A stretch of 64,000 nt of DNA from Candidatus Latescibacterota bacterium (GTDB taxonomy: Bacteria > Latescibacterota > UBA2968 > UBA8231): assembly GCA_965221775.1 (NCBI GenBank), contig CBDCSU010000004.1:544001-608000 (forward strand), in the 5' to 3' direction. Shown piece by piece: positions 10,460-29,622 of the stretch (position 1 is its first letter; each line of letters opens with the position of its first letter). The notes beneath the pieces were generated by a model that saw nothing but the letters and a program-made list of their open reading frames with translations, was not told the origin of the DNA and did not search any database. The translations under genes were made by a program, and so were the position numbers.

Positions 10460-11296
10460 TTACCTTCGGTTCCGCCTGCGCACGATCCAGGCGTTGGACG
10501 CCTTCTTGCGCTTTCGAGTCTTGTACCCCTTGGTCGGCTTGCCCCACGGCGTGACGGGGTGGCGCCCTCCGGAGGACTTGCCTTCGCCTCCGCCGTGGGG
10601 GTGATCGACGGGATTCATGACCACGCCCCGGACCTTCGGCCGCCGGCCGAGCCAGCGGGCGCGACCGGCCTTGCCCAGCAACACGTTCTGATGGTCGATG
10701 TTCCCGACCTGGCCGATCGTGGCGTGGCAGGTGCTCAGAACCTCCCGGATCTCACCCGAGGGCAGGCGAAGCTGGACCCGCTCATCCTCCTCGTCCCGCC
10801 CCATGATCTGCACCTCCGAACCGGCGCTGCGAGCCATCCGTCCACCCTGGCCGGGATTCAACTCCACGTTGTGGACCGTCGTGCCCACCGGAATCCGGGA
10901 CAGTGGCAGCGCGTTGCCTAGGGCGATGGGTGCATCGGCTCCGGCCTGCACGACGGCCCCCACGGACAGCCCGTTCGGGGCCAGGATATAGCGCCTGTCG
11001 CCGTCGCGGTAGATGACCAGGGCGATGAAGGCGGAGCGGTTCGGATCGTATTCGACGCTCGCCACCCGGCCCGGCACGCCGTGATTCTCGCGGCGGAAGT
11101 CGATGCGGCGGTAGCGCCGCTTGTGCCCGCCGCCCCGCCGCCGCGCGGTGATTCGTCCGCGACTGTTCCGCCCCCCGGACTTGGTGAGGGGCGCAGTGAG
11201 GGACTTCTCCGGCCGGTCGGCGGTGATCTCGGCGAAAGCGTTTACCGACTTGAAGCGCTGTGTCGGCGTGACGGGTCGGAACCTCTTGATCGGCAT
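10460..11296 (-). CDS. rplB: 50S ribosomal protein L2
   Basis: [21 protein letters not shown]. Confidence 0.99.
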   Translation of the reverse strand: MPIKRFRPVTPTQRFKSVNAFAEITADRPEKSLTAPLTKSGGRNSRGRITARRRGGGHKRRYRRIDFRRENHGVPGRVASVEYDPNRSAFIALVIYRDGDRRYILAPNGLSVGAVVQAGADAPIALGNALPLSRIPVGTTVHNVELNPGQGGRMARSAGSEVQIMGRDEEDERVQLRLPSGEIREVLSTCHATIGQVGNIDHQNVLLGKAGRARWLGRRPKVRGVVMNPVDHPHGGGEGKSSGGRHPVTPWGKPTKGYKTRKRKKASNAWIVRRRNRR

Positions 11297-11312
11297 CGGG
11301 GAGTCTCGCCTT

Positions 11313-11600
11313 TCAGAGGTTCTCGATGAGTTCGATGGACTCGCCGGCCCTGAGCTTCACGTAAGCCTTCTTCCAAGCCGACGTGCGGCCCTGGAAGAAG
11401 CCCTGGCGCTTCGGCTTCCGGCGGACGGAGACCACACGGACGGCCTCGACCTTGACGTCGAAGACCGACTCCACAGCGCGGCGGATCTGCACCTTGTTGG
11501 CCCGCGAGTCGACCCGAAAGGTGTACACGTTGGAATCGCGCAGGACCGTTGCCTTCTCGGTGATCACTGGATTCCGGAGGATGCCCCGTATCCCTGCCAT
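11313..11600 (-). CDS. rplW: 50S ribosomal protein L23
   Basis: [15 protein letters not shown]. Confidence 0.97.
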   Translation of the reverse strand: MAGIRGILRNPVITEKATVLRDSNVYTFRVDSRANKVQIRRAVESVFDVKVEAVRVVSVRRKPKRQGFFQGRTSAWKKAYVKLRAGESIELIENL

Positions 11601-11603
11601 TGC

Positions 11604-12263
11604 CTAGTCCTTCTCCCCTTCCGGGCCGGCAGGGTCTCCGTGCACGGCAGCCAGGGCGTCGACGGCCTCCCGGGTCAGCAAGAGGGCTTGGGCGGCTAGA
11701 ACCTCGTACGTGCCGAGAGTCGAAGCGGACCGCACCAACACACCCGGGATGTTGCGGCCCGATTTGGCGAGGACGGACTCGTTGGCGGCCGTCACGAAGA
11801 GCACCTTCTGCCCCTGGAGACCGCAGGCGCCGAGCATGGCGGCGAAGGACTTCGTGCTGGGTCCGGTCAGCTTGAAGCCTTCCACCACGTGGACCTGACC
11901 GTCCCGGCCCTTGGCGGTCAGCACCGAGCGCAAGGCCTGGCGCCGAACCGATCGCTGCAACCGCCGGCGATAGAGACGGCTCTTGGGCAGGCCAAAGGCC
12001 ACCCCGCCACCCCGAAGCAGGTTGGTCGTCACCGAGCCGCGCCGGGCTTGACCCGTGCCCTTCTGGCGGTGGTGCTTGCGCTTGGAGCGACGAACCTCCG
12101 ACCGGCCTTTCACCGAAGCGTTCCCCTGCCGCTGGTTGTTCTCGTAGGTCACCACGGCCTGGTGCACCGCCACCTCGGAGACAGGGGCCTCGAAGAGCTC
12201 CGCCGGCAAGTCCACCGAACCCGACCTCTCACCACTGGCGTTGAGAACGTCGACGGAAGGCAT
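11604..12263 (-). CDS. rplD: 50S ribosomal protein L4
   Basis: RQKGTG.AR.GS, RGGGVAFG, RNIPGV; ATG at 12263. Confidence 0.97.
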   Translation of the reverse strand: MPSVDVLNASGERSGSVDLPAELFEAPVSEVAVHQAVVTYENNQRQGNASVKGRSEVRRSKRKHHRQKGTGQARRGSVTTNLLRGGGVAFGLPKSRLYRRRLQRSVRRQALRSVLTAKGRDGQVHVVEGFKLTGPSTKSFAAMLGACGLQGQKVLFVTAANESVLAKSGRNIPGVLVRSASTLGTYEVLAAQALLLTREAVDALAAVHGDPAGPEGEKD

Positions 12264-12265
12264 GC

Positions 12266-12574
12266 TCAGACCTTGATATCGATGCCGATGCCGGCGGGCA
12301 GGTCGAGCTTCATCAGCGAGTCCACCGTCTGCGGCGTCGACTCGTAAATGTCGATGAGCCGCTTGTGGACGCGCGTCTCGAACTGCTCCCGCGACTTCTT
12401 GTCCACGTGCGGCCCCCGCAACACGGTGTACACGGTACGCTGAGTGGGCAGTGGAACAGGACCCGCGATCCGGGCGCCGCTGCGCCGCACGGTCTGGACG
12501 ATCTCGTCCACCGAGCGGTCGAGGGCCGCGTGGTCGTAGGCCTTGAGCCGGATGCGGATCCTGTCGACGGCCAC
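12266..12574 (-). CDS. rpsJ: 30S ribosomal protein S10
   Basis: [25 protein letters not shown]. Confidence 0.98.
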   Translation of the reverse strand: MAVDRIRIRLKAYDHAALDRSVDEIVQTVRRSGARIAGPVPLPTQRTVYTVLRGPHVDKKSREQFETRVHKRLIDIYESTPQTVDSLMKLDLPAGIGIDIKV

Positions 12575-12589
12575 GAAGGGTCTCCCGCG

Positions 12590-13780
<1,191 letters not shown>

Positions 13781-13839
13781 CTTGGTTCTTTCCTCCCTCG
13801 GGTCTGCTTGCGCGCTTGGGCGCTGGGTCTGGGTCGTTC

Positions 13840-15936
13840 TTAGGCCTTGGCTTCCTCGGTGCCGCGAATCCGGGCGACGATCTCCTCCATCACCGACCGC
13901 GAGACCTCGCGGAAGTTGGCGAACTGGAGGGTGAAGACGCCGCGCCCCTGGGTGAGGGAACGCAGCCGCGTCGCATATCCGAAGGTCTCGGCCAGCGGCA
14001 CCTTGGCACTGACCACCTGGGCGTCGGAGCGGGGATTGATCCCCGCCACATCGGCGCGGTTGGAATTCAAGTCGCCGATCACATCGCCGAGGTATTGCTC
14101 GGGCACCACCACCTCCAGATCCATGATCGGCTCCATCAGGAAGGGACCGGCCTTGGATGCGCCCTCCTTGAAGGCCATGGAGCCGGCCACCTTGAAGGCC
14201 ATCTCCGAGGAGTCGACCTCGTGGAAGGAGCCATCCAGGAGCTGCACCCTCACGTCGTCGATCGGGTAGCCGGCCACCGGGCCGTTGAGCATGGCCTCCT
14301 GGATTCCCTCCTTGACGGCAGGGACGAACTCCCGCGGCACGGCACCCCCGACGACCTTGTTCTCGAAGACCAGTCCGGTCCCGGGCTCGCCCGGCTCCAA
14401 CAGGAGCTCCACGTGGCCGTACTGGCCTCGCCCTCCCGACTGCCTGACGAATCGGCCCGTGGCCTCCACTGACCTGCGCAGGCCTTCCTTGTAAGCCACC
14501 TGCGGCCGGCCGACATTGGCCTCGACCTTGAAGTCCCGGAACAGGCGGTCCACGAGGATCTCCAGGTGCAGCTCGCCCATACCGGAGATCACCGTCTGAG
14601 CCGTGTCGGGATCGACGCGGACCTGGAAAGTGGGATCCTCTTCGGCCAGCTTGGCCAAGGCCCCCTGAAGAGACTCCTGATCGGCGCGAGTCTTCGGCTC
14701 GATGGCCACGTGAACGACGGGCTTGTCGAACTCGATCTTCTCGAGAACGACCGGATCGGCCTCGTCGCACAGGGTGTCACCGGTGGTGGTATTCTTCAAA
14801 CCCACTACGGCGACGATATCACCTGCGTGCACCCCCCTCTTCTCGGTGCGGTCGTTGGCGTGCATCTCGAGAAGACGGGAGGCCCGCTCCCGGCGGCCGG
14901 TGCTGACATTGTACAGGTAAGACCCGGCCTGGAGAGTGCCGGAATAGACCCGGACGAAGGAGAGACGCCCCACGAAGGGGTCGGTCATGATCTTGAAGGC
15001 CAAGGCCGAGAATGGCTCGTCATCGCGGGGGAGCCGCTCCACCTGCTCCTCCGAGTCGGGCACATGTCCGGAGACGGCGGGGACGTCGGCCGGCGATGGC
15101 AGATAGCTCACGACGGCGTCGAGCAGCTGCTGCACGCCCTTGTACCGGAAGGCCGAGCCACAGGTGACGGGCACCGCCCTGAGAGCGATGGCCGCTCTTC
15201 GCAGGGCGGCCATGATCTCCGCCGGGGCGATCTCGGCGCCCTCGAGGAACTTCTCCAGCAACCCGTCGTCGAAGTCGGCCACGGCCTCGAGGAGCCTCTC
15301 CCGGTACCGAAGGGCCACCTCCATCAGGTCATCGGGGATCTCGCCCTCGTAGAAGTTGGCCCCCAGAGAGGTCTCCTCGTAGGTGATCGCCCGCATCGAG
15401 ACCAGATCGATGAGCCCGTTGAAGGTCTCCCCCGAACCGATGGGGAGCTGAATGGGGACGAAGTTGCTCCCCAGGCGCTCCTCGAGCATCTCCAGGACAC
15501 GGTAAAAGTCGGCCCCGTTGCGGTCCATCTTGTTGACGAAGGCGATGCGCGGGACCTCGTACCGGTCGGCCTGCCGCCAGACCGTCTCCGACTGAGGCTC
15601 GACGCCGCCAACGGCGCAGAACACGCCCACGGCGCCGTCGAGGACGCGCAGTGAGCGCTCGACCTCCGCCGTGAAATCGACGTGCCCCGGCGTGTCGATG
15701 ATGTTGATGCGGTGATCCTTCCACTCGCAGGCCGTGGCCGCCGAGGTAATCGTTATCCCCCGCTCGCGCTCCTGCTCCATCCAGTCCATGGCGGTGTTGC
15801 CGTCGTGGACCTCTCCCATGCGGTGGAGCCGTCCCGTGTAGTACAGGATTCGCTCGGTCGTGGTCGTCTTGCCGGCGTCGATATGGGCGGCGATACCGAT
15901 GTTGCGGGTCTGTTGGATACTGTGCTGGCGGGTCAT
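13840..15936 (-). CDS. fusA: Elongation factor G
   Basis: [35 protein letters not shown]. Confidence 0.99.
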   Translation of the reverse strand: MTRQHSIQQTRNIGIAAHIDAGKTTTTERILYYTGRLHRMGEVHDGNTAMDWMEQERERGITITSAATACEWKDHRINIIDTPGHVDFTAEVERSLRVLDGAVGVFCAVGGVEPQSETVWRQADRYEVPRIAFVNKMDRNGADFYRVLEMLEERLGSNFVPIQLPIGSGETFNGLIDLVSMRAITYEETSLGANFYEGEIPDDLMEVALRYRERLLEAVADFDDGLLEKFLEGAEIAPAEIMAALRRAAIALRAVPVTCGSAFRYKGVQQLLDAVVSYLPSPADVPAVSGHVPDSEEQVERLPRDDEPFSALAFKIMTDPFVGRLSFVRVYSGTLQAGSYLYNVSTGRRERASRLLEMHANDRTEKRGVHAGDIVAVVGLKNTTTGDTLCDEADPVVLEKIEFDKPVVHVAIEPKTRADQESLQGALAKLAEEDPTFQVRVDPDTAQTVISGMGELHLEILVDRLFRDFKVEANVGRPQVAYKEGLRRSVEATGRFVRQSGGRGQYGHVELLLEPGEPGTGLVFENKVVGGAVPREFVPAVKEGIQEAMLNGPVAGYPIDDVRVQLLDGSFHEVDSSEMAFKVAGSMAFKEGASKAGPFLMEPIMDLEVVVPEQYLGDVIGDLNSNRADVAGINPRSDAQVVSAKVPLAETFGYATRLRSLTQGRGVFTLQFANFREVSRSVMEEIVARIRGTEEAKA

Positions 15937-16005
15937 GAGATCAGCGGACGGGTTCAGGCGTGAACGGGATCAAATCGGGACAGATGCAAATCGGATACGG
16001 AGGGA

Positions 16006-16476
16006 CTAGAATCGATAGTGCGCGAAGGCCTTGTTTGCCTCCGCCATACGGTGCACATCGTCCCGGGCCCGGATGGCGCCGCCCTCGCCGTTGGCGGCGG
16101 CGATCAGCTCGTTGGCGAGACGCTCGGCCATGGTGCGCTCGGAGCGCTCCCGGGCGTAGCGGATCAGCCACTTGATCGAGCGGGTGGTGCGCTCTTCGGG
16201 GCGCACCTCCAAGGGCACCTGGAGAGTCTGCGATCCGACACGCCGGGACTTGGTGATGACCATGGGCTTGCAGTTCTCCACCGCCTTGAGAAAGACATCG
16301 AGCCCCTGCTGGTCGGAGCGGCCGGTAACCATGTCGATGGCGGAGTAGAAGATCTGCTCGGCCGTGCTCTTCTTGCCCTGCTTCATCAGGCAGTTGATGA
16401 AGCGCGTCGCCAAGGGATTGTGGAACTTCGGATCGGGCAGGATCTGGCGCTTGACGGCGCGGCGTCTGCGAGACAT
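16006..16476 (-). CDS. rpsG: 30S ribosomal protein S7
   Basis: [27 protein letters not shown]. Confidence 0.98.
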   Translation of the reverse strand: MSRRRRAVKRQILPDPKFHNPLATRFINCLMKQGKKSTAEQIFYSAIDMVTGRSDQQGLDVFLKAVENCKPMVITKSRRVGSQTLQVPLEVRPEERTTRSIKWLIRYARERSERTMAERLANELIAAANGEGGAIRARDDVHRMAEANKAFAHYRF

Positions 16477-16487
16477 GGCGGAGCCCG

Positions 16488-16862
16488 CTAACCCTGTCCC
16501 CTGCGGGCGCCGTACTTGGACCGGCCCTGCTTGCGCTCGGCCACGCCGCTGGCATCGAGGACACCCCGGATGATGTGGTAACGCACCCCGGGCACGTCTT
16601 TCACCCGCCCACCGCGGACCAGGACGATGGAGTGCTCCTGCAGGTTGTTGCCCTCGCCGGGGATGTAGGCCGTGACTTCCTGGCCCGTGGTCAGCCGCAC
16701 CCTGGCCATCTTCCGAAGGGCGGAATTGGGCTTTTTGGGGGTCGTCGTGTAGACGCGCGTACACACCCCGCGACGCTGGGGACACCCTCTTAGGGCTGGA
16801 GAGTCGGTCCGCGATTTGGCCTTTCGGCGGCCCTTGCGGACCAATTGGCTGATGGTGGGCAA
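16488..16862 (-). CDS. rpsL: 30S ribosomal protein S12
   Basis: TTG start, [21 protein letters not shown]. Confidence 0.98.
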   Translation of the reverse strand: MPTISQLVRKGRRKAKSRTDSPALRGCPQRRGVCTRVYTTTPKKPNSALRKMARVRLTTGQEVTAYIPGEGNNLQEHSIVLVRGGRVKDVPGVRYHIIRGVLDASGVAERKQGRSKYGARRGQG

Positions 16863-16974
16863 GAACGGATGCCTCGGGTTGACCTTCGGTGACAATTCCT
16901 TGGGCGAGAAGCGCTTGCGACCGCCGGAAACAGCGGAATCCAAGGGGCGCCATCGCCAAAAACGACAGTCTTAG

Positions 16975-17003
16975 AGTATAGGTATTGGCCCCTGAGTCGT
17001 CAA
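16975..17003 (-). promoter_or_regulatory. Sigma70-type promoter of the rpsL (str) operon
   Basis: Minus strand TTGACG-17 nt-TATACT. Confidence 0.8.
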
Positions 17004-17029
17004 TACCACATGATGTGGGGGCATGACCA

Positions 17030-21127
<4,098 letters not shown>

Positions 21128-21164
21128 ATCCCTCTCATGCTCGAGTCCGAGGTTTCCGTGAGTC

Positions 21165-24992
<3,828 letters not shown>

Positions 24993-25212
24993 GGCCTGCA
25001 CTCCTTCTTTGGCCGATGCGGCAGGACGGTCAGACCCCGCCGCGATCCATGGGCAAGCTGACGAACCTCCGCCTCTGGTTGGCGGCGGACGTGAACTGGC
25101 GCTTCAAGCGTTGAGAATCGAATGGGACTCGAGCATGGACCTGGCGGGACGGGCACCCGTGTGCCCTGCCACCGGCAGGCCCGCCGGAAGGAAAGCCGTG
25201 GTGAATCGGCCG

Positions 25213-25623
25213 TCACTTGATCTCGACAGTGGCTCCCGCCTCGGTCAGTTTGGCCTGGACTTCCTCCGCCTCCTGCCTGGGCACCGCTTCCTTTACCGCC
25301 TTGGGCGCCTCGTCGACCAAGGCCTTGGCCTCTTTCAGGCCCAGGCTCGTGATCTCGCGAACCACCTTGATCACCTGAATCTTCTTGTCGCCGGCACTCG
25401 TGAGGACGACATCGAACTCGTCCTTCTCCTCCACCGCCTCGCCACCCTCTGCGCCGGCGGGCACCGCCCCGGCCATCATGACCGGAGCCGCGGCGGAGAC
25501 ACCGAACTTGTCCTCCAGTGCCTTGACCAGCTCAGCCAGCTCAAGCACGGTCAGGCCTCCGATGGTCTCGATGATCTCCCCAACCTTGGGGCTCACGCTG
25601 ACTTCCTGTCCTTCCTCGCTCAT
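25213..25623 (-). CDS. rplL: 50S ribosomal protein L7/L12
   Basis: [24 protein letters not shown]. Confidence 0.98.
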   Translation of the reverse strand: MSEEGQEVSVSPKVGEIIETIGGLTVLELAELVKALEDKFGVSAAAPVMMAGAVPAGAEGGEAVEEKDEFDVVLTSAGDKKIQVIKVVREITSLGLKEAKALVDEAPKAVKEAVPRQEAEEVQAKLTEAGATVEIK

Positions 25624-25678
25624 CGCTTTCCTGTCCTCCGCTTTGTGTGTGCTCGTCCTTCAGAAATCGATCGGGGCT

Positions 25679-26227
25679 TCATGCCTCGGAGCCACCCCCG
25701 CCGGCGTCGGTCTCCCTTTGCTGATCAGCGATGGCCGACAGGGCACCCACCAGACCTCGGAGCAGCCCGTAGAGCACGGCCGACAGGCCGTACAGGGGCG
25801 CCTGGACAGATCCGACCACCTGGCCGATCAACTCCTCCCGGGAGGGCAGCTTGGCCAGTTGGGCCACGGCCTCGGCCGTCAGGATCTGACCGTCCACCAG
25901 GCCCGTCTTTATCGCCAGCTTGCCGCCGCCGTCGATGAACTCCTGCAGGATCTTCGCCGGAGCCACGGGATCGTCCTGCACGAAGGCCATGGCCGTGGGG
26001 CCCTCGAGGTACTGATCCAACCCCTGAAGGCCGGCATCGCTCGCAGCCCTCTTGGCGAGGCGGTTCTTCACCACCTGGTACTCCACCCCCGCCCCGCGCA
26101 GGGACCGGCGCAAACGGGTGACGGAGTCCACATCGAGGCCGTGGAAGTCGGCGAGGAAGATGGCATCGGCCTCCGCCATCTTCCTCGCCAGGAGGCTGAC
26201 CGCTTCGGTCTTTTCCGCAGTCGGCAT
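25679..26227 (-). CDS. rplJ: 50S ribosomal protein L10
   Basis: [26 protein letters not shown]. Confidence 0.97.
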   Translation of the reverse strand: MPTAEKTEAVSLLARKMAEADAIFLADFHGLDVDSVTRLRRSLRGAGVEYQVVKNRLAKRAASDAGLQGLDQYLEGPTAMAFVQDDPVAPAKILQEFIDGGGKLAIKTGLVDGQILTAEAVAQLAKLPSREELIGQVVGSVQAPLYGLSAVLYGLLRGLVGALSAIADQQRETDAGGGGSEA

Positions 26228-26228
26228 G

Positions 26229-26930
26229 TCAGGCCGCCAGAGCCGCGGGGTCGATGCGGATGCCGGGCCCCATCGTCGAAGACAACACGGCCTTGCGGAT
26301 GAACTGGCCCTTGGCCGACGACGGCCGGGACCGCAGAATGGCATCCGAGAAGGCGCGGGCGTTCTCCACGAGAGCGGTTTCCTCGAAGGAAACCTTGCCG
26401 ATGGGCGCCTGGGCGTTGTTTCCGGACTTGTTGTCGGCGCGGAACTCGACTCGCCCCGCCTTGGCCTCGGCGACTGCCTGGGAAACTTCGCGAGTCACCG
26501 TCCCGGTCTTCGGATTGGGCATCATCCCCCGGGGGCCCAGAATCCTGCCGAGCCGGCCCACCTGGCCCATCATGTCGGGAGAAGCGATGACGAGATCGAA
26601 ATCGAGCCATCCCTTCTGGATCTGTTCGATGAGGTCGGCGCCCCCCACGTGATCGGCCCCAGCCTCTTCTGCCTGGGTGGCCAACTCTCCTTGGGTGATG
26701 ACCACCACCCGGATCTCCTTGCCCGTGCCGTGAGGCAGCATGACCGTCCCGCGAATGGCCTGCTCCGCCTGGCGCCCGTCGATGCCCAGGTGGAATCCGA
26801 GTTCCACGGTTTCGTCGTACTTCCGTTGGGGAAAGGACTTCAACAGGCCCACGGCCTGTTCGAGGGGTAGGGGCTCGGTCCTGTCGTACATCTCGACCGA
26901 TTCCCGGAACTTGCGGCTTCTCCTGCCCAT
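26229..26930 (-). CDS. rplA: 50S ribosomal protein L1
   Basis: [29 protein letters not shown]. Confidence 0.98.
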   Translation of the reverse strand: MGRRSRKFRESVEMYDRTEPLPLEQAVGLLKSFPQRKYDETVELGFHLGIDGRQAEQAIRGTVMLPHGTGKEIRVVVITQGELATQAEEAGADHVGGADLIEQIQKGWLDFDLVIASPDMMGQVGRLGRILGPRGMMPNPKTGTVTREVSQAVAEAKAGRVEFRADNKSGNNAQAPIGKVSFEETALVENARAFSDAILRSRPSSAKGQFIRKAVLSSTMGPGIRIDPAALAA

Positions 26931-26949
26931 GTGACCTCCTTGCAGTCGC

Positions 26950-27375
26950 TCAGGCCTCGACGATGAGCCCCATGCTGCGCGCGGTGCCAGCGATCATGAG
27001 GGCCGCAGCCTCCACGTCGTTGGCGTTGAGATCTTCCATCTTGATCTCGGCGATCTCGCGCAACTGGGCATGCGTCACGGTCCCCACCTTGTCGCGGTTC
27101 GGCACTCCCGAGCCTTTGTCGATCCCCGCCGCCCGCTTCAGCAGCGTCGAGGCAGGCGCGGTCTTGGTGATGAAGCTGAAGCTGCGGTCGGCGAAGACGG
27201 TGATGACCACCGGAATGAGCAGCCCCTGCTTGTCCTGGGTCTGGGCATTGAAGGCCTTGCAGAACTCCATGATGTTGACGCCGTGCTGGCCAAGGGCCGG
27301 GCCGACAGGGGGCGTGGGGTTGGCGGAGCCCGCAGGAATCTGCAGCTTGATCTGGGCCAGTTCTTTCTTCGCCAT
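26950..27375 (-). CDS. rplK: 50S ribosomal protein L11
   Basis: [26 protein letters not shown]. Confidence 0.98.
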   Translation of the reverse strand: MAKKELAQIKLQIPAGSANPTPPVGPALGQHGVNIMEFCKAFNAQTQDKQGLLIPVVITVFADRSFSFITKTAPASTLLKRAAGIDKGSGVPNRDKVGTVTHAQLREIAEIKMEDLNANDVEAAALMIAGTARSMGLIVEA

Positions 27376-27393
27376 CGGCGTTCCGTCTCTCCG

Positions 27394-27942
27394 TCAGGTA
27401 GTTACGCTCTCGTCGACCGCCTCCACCTGGAGCACGTCGAGCTCGACCGGGGTCCCACGACCAAAGATGCTGACCACGATCTTCAGTCTCCTCTTTTCGG
27501 GGATCACCTCCTGCACCGTGCCGATGAAGTCCTTGAATGCGCCATCGACGACCTTCACCTGGTCACCGGCCACGTAGGGGATCTCCTCGACTTCCTGAGC
27601 CTTTCGCCGGTCCGCGTGGCCCAGGATGTGGTCGACCTCCGCCTGGGTCAGGGGCTGTGGCTTGCGGGCCGGACCGACGAAGTTGGTGACCCCCGGGACG
27701 TTGGTCACCAGATGCCAGGCATCCTTGCTCATCTCCATCTCCACCAGGACATAGCTGGGGAGAAAGCGTCTCTTGGAGATCGTCTTCTTGCCGCCCCGCA
27801 TCTCCACCACCTCCTCCGTCGGCACGACGACCTTGGCGATGGCGCCTTCGGCGGCGCCCTGCTGGATCAGGGTCTCGAGGTAGGTCTTGACCTTGTTCTC
27901 GTGTCCGGAATAGGTGTGGAGCGCGTACCACTGCTCGGCCAT
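27394..27942 (-). CDS. nusG: Transcription termination/antitermination factor NusG
   Basis: WYALHTYSGHENKV, KOW motif, IFGRGTPVEL. Confidence 0.98.
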   Translation of the reverse strand: MAEQWYALHTYSGHENKVKTYLETLIQQGAAEGAIAKVVVPTEEVVEMRGGKKTISKRRFLPSYVLVEMEMSKDAWHLVTNVPGVTNFVGPARKPQPLTQAEVDHILGHADRRKAQEVEEIPYVAGDQVKVVDGAFKDFIGTVQEVIPEKRRLKIVVSIFGRGTPVELDVLQVEAVDESVTT

Positions 27943-27970
27943 GGTGCGACCTTCCGCTTTTCTCTATCCC

Positions 27971-28159
27971 CTACAGCACGATGAGGATGGACCGGATGTA
28001 GGAAAGAACGAGATCGAAGAGGCCGACGAAGATCGCGAAGGCGATGGAGAATACGATGACTACCGTCGTGGAATTCACCAATTCCTCCCGGGTGGGCCAG
28101 ATGACCCTGGCGAACTCGCCGCGCACTTCGCCCAGAAAGCCTGTCAGCTTGTCGAACAT
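27971..28159 (-). CDS. secE: Preprotein translocase subunit SecE
   Basis: FLGEVRGEFARVIWPTREEL plus one TM helix; upstream of nusG. Confidence 0.95.
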   Translation of the reverse strand: MFDKLTGFLGEVRGEFARVIWPTREELVNSTTVVIVFSIAFAIFVGLFDLVLSYIRSILIVL

Positions 28160-28210
28160 CCAGAGTCGGGATTCCTGTGCGATCCCCGCATTTCCCCCCG
28201 CTGATGATCT

Positions 28211-28287
28211 TGGCAGGCCCGGCAGGACTTGAACCTGCAACCGCCGGTTTTGGAGACCGGTGCTCTACCAGATTGAGCTACAGGCCT
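28211..28287 (-). tRNA. tRNA-Trp (CCA)
   Basis: AGGCCTGTAGCTCAATCTGGTAGAGCACCGGTCTCCAAAACCGG...GGTTCAAGTCC...GCCA cloverleaf with encoded CCA. Confidence 0.97.
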
Positions 28288-28438
28288 ACCGCGTCTCCCG
28301 GTGCAAGGTCTGCCGTCCGCAGTGGGCACAGTACTTCCGATACTCGACCCGGTCCGGATGAGCCCGGCGGTTCTTCGTAGCCGAGTAGTTGCGACGGCTA
28401 CACACCTCGCACTCGAGTGTGATGCGATGCCTTGGCAT
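28286..28438 (-). CDS. rpmG: 50S ribosomal protein L33 (C+ type)
   Basis: [17 protein letters not shown]...HRETR. Confidence 0.96.
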   Translation of the reverse strand: MPRHRITLECEVCSRRNYSATKNRRAHPDRVEYRKYCAHCGRQTLHRETR

Positions 28439-28499
28439 CTCGTGACCGCCCCGGCGACCGGCACCGGGGCTGCCCAAGCCCCAGGATTGCCCTGTTTGC

Positions 28500-28575
<76 letters not shown>

Positions 28576-28602
28576 TCGCATGGCTGACGTGGTGGCGGGA
28601 AA

Positions 28603-28679
28603 TGGAGCGGGAAACGGGACTCGAACCCGCGACATCGAGCTTGGAAGGCTCGCGCTCTAGCCAACTGAGCTACTCCCGC
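28603..28679 (-). tRNA. tRNA-Gly (UCC)
   Basis: GCGGGAGTAGCTCAGTTGGCTAGAGCGCGAGCCTTCCAAGCTCG...CCCGCTCCA. Confidence 0.97.
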
Positions 28680-28750
28680 CCTCCATCTGCCCGCCGCCGG
28701 GCGCCATGGCTCCGGCTGCCGGCAGGATGCCCGCCGGATACAGACCTGAG

Positions 28751-28779
28751 AAAATACAGCTAGTCGGGATAGGTGTCAA
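28751..28779 (-). promoter_or_regulatory. Sigma70-type promoter for the tRNA-rpmG-secE-nusG transcript
   Basis: Minus strand TTGACA-17 nt-TATTTT. Confidence 0.7.
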
Positions 28780-28800
28780 CCCTAACCGAGAGGACCGATT

Positions 28801-29304
28801 TCAGGACCCTTGGGAGCCGCGGCGGGCGTCCAAGTCACGGGTGATCCTGACGATCTTGTAGTGGAGTACCCCTGCAGGCACCTTGATCTCCACCTCCTCG
28901 CCCTCTTCCCTGCCCAGCAGCCCCCTGCCGATGGGAGACACGGTCGAGATCTTGCCCTGGTCGAAATCCGCCTCCTCCGGGGATACGAGCGTATAGGTGA
29001 GCTCCCCTCCCTTGCCCAGGTCCGCCAACTGCACGGTAGCGCCGATGTAGACCTTGTCGTCGGGGATGTCCTCGGCCTCGATCAGCCGGGCCCTGCTGAG
29101 GGTTTCCTCGAGCCGGCCGATCCGCTGCTCGAGGAACATCAGTCTCTCCTTGGCGGCCGAATACTCCGCATTCTCGGAGAGATCCCCGAACTCACGGGCC
29201 CGTTGAAGGGCCTGACGTACCTTGGGACGCTCGTCCGTTCGGAGCTGCACCAACTCGTCCTTGAGCTTCTGCAGGCCCTCTCGCGACAGATAGACCTCGG
29301 TCAT
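28801..29304 (-). CDS. greA: Transcription elongation factor GreA
   Basis: AREFGDLSENAEY, ISTVSPIGRGL; ATG at 29304. Confidence 0.97.
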   Translation of the reverse strand: MTEVYLSREGLQKLKDELVQLRTDERPKVRQALQRAREFGDLSENAEYSAAKERLMFLEQRIGRLEETLSRARLIEAEDIPDDKVYIGATVQLADLGKGGELTYTLVSPEEADFDQGKISTVSPIGRGLLGREEGEEVEIKVPAGVLHYKIVRITRDLDARRGSQGS

Positions 29305-29352
29305 GGCAATAGCTGGCTCCTGATGCCCCTGGCGCCCCGTCCCCGCAGGGTG

Positions 29353-29401
29353 AAACAAAAAGCGGAAGCGTGGCTCCCATTCCTGAAGGGGCCGCTTCCG
29401 C
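29353..29401 (-). terminator. Intrinsic terminator in the greA leader
   Basis: GCGGAAGCG...CGCTTCCGC stem followed by TTTTTGTTT on the minus strand. Confidence 0.75.
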
Positions 29402-29431
29402 ATTCGAGCAACCTTCGCTAGTGACCCGGCC

Positions 29432-29460
29432 AATATAATTGCAGCCAACCCCGGTGGCAA
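29432..29460 (-). promoter_or_regulatory. Sigma70-type promoter of greA
   Basis: Minus strand TTGCCA-17 nt-TATATT. Confidence 0.7.
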
Positions 29461-29622
29461 GGTGGCGTCCCCCATCAGCGCCGCTGAACCGCGACGGCGG
29501 GACTCGGACAGCGGGTGGGACCCGGACGCCGCCCGCCTGGAACCGGCGCCCCTCGGGTCCCTCGCAGGCGCCGTGGCAATCCGCCTTGCCCTGCCTTGGG
29601 GAGGGCGCTTAGGTTCCGCTTC

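Noticed and set aside
15961-16000. Short direct repeat CAAATCGG between rpsG and fusA
   Set aside because: Only two 8-nt copies; no array or mobile-element context.
16488-16862. Streptomycin-resistance allele in rpsL
   Set aside because: K42 (PKKPNS) and K87 (RVKD) are intact; the other differences have no effect known to me.
25000-25212. ncRNA or 75-aa ORF in the rplL-rpoB spacer
   Set aside because: GC-rich hairpins are present, but there is no U tract, known motif or convincing coding signal; ordinary for this spacer.
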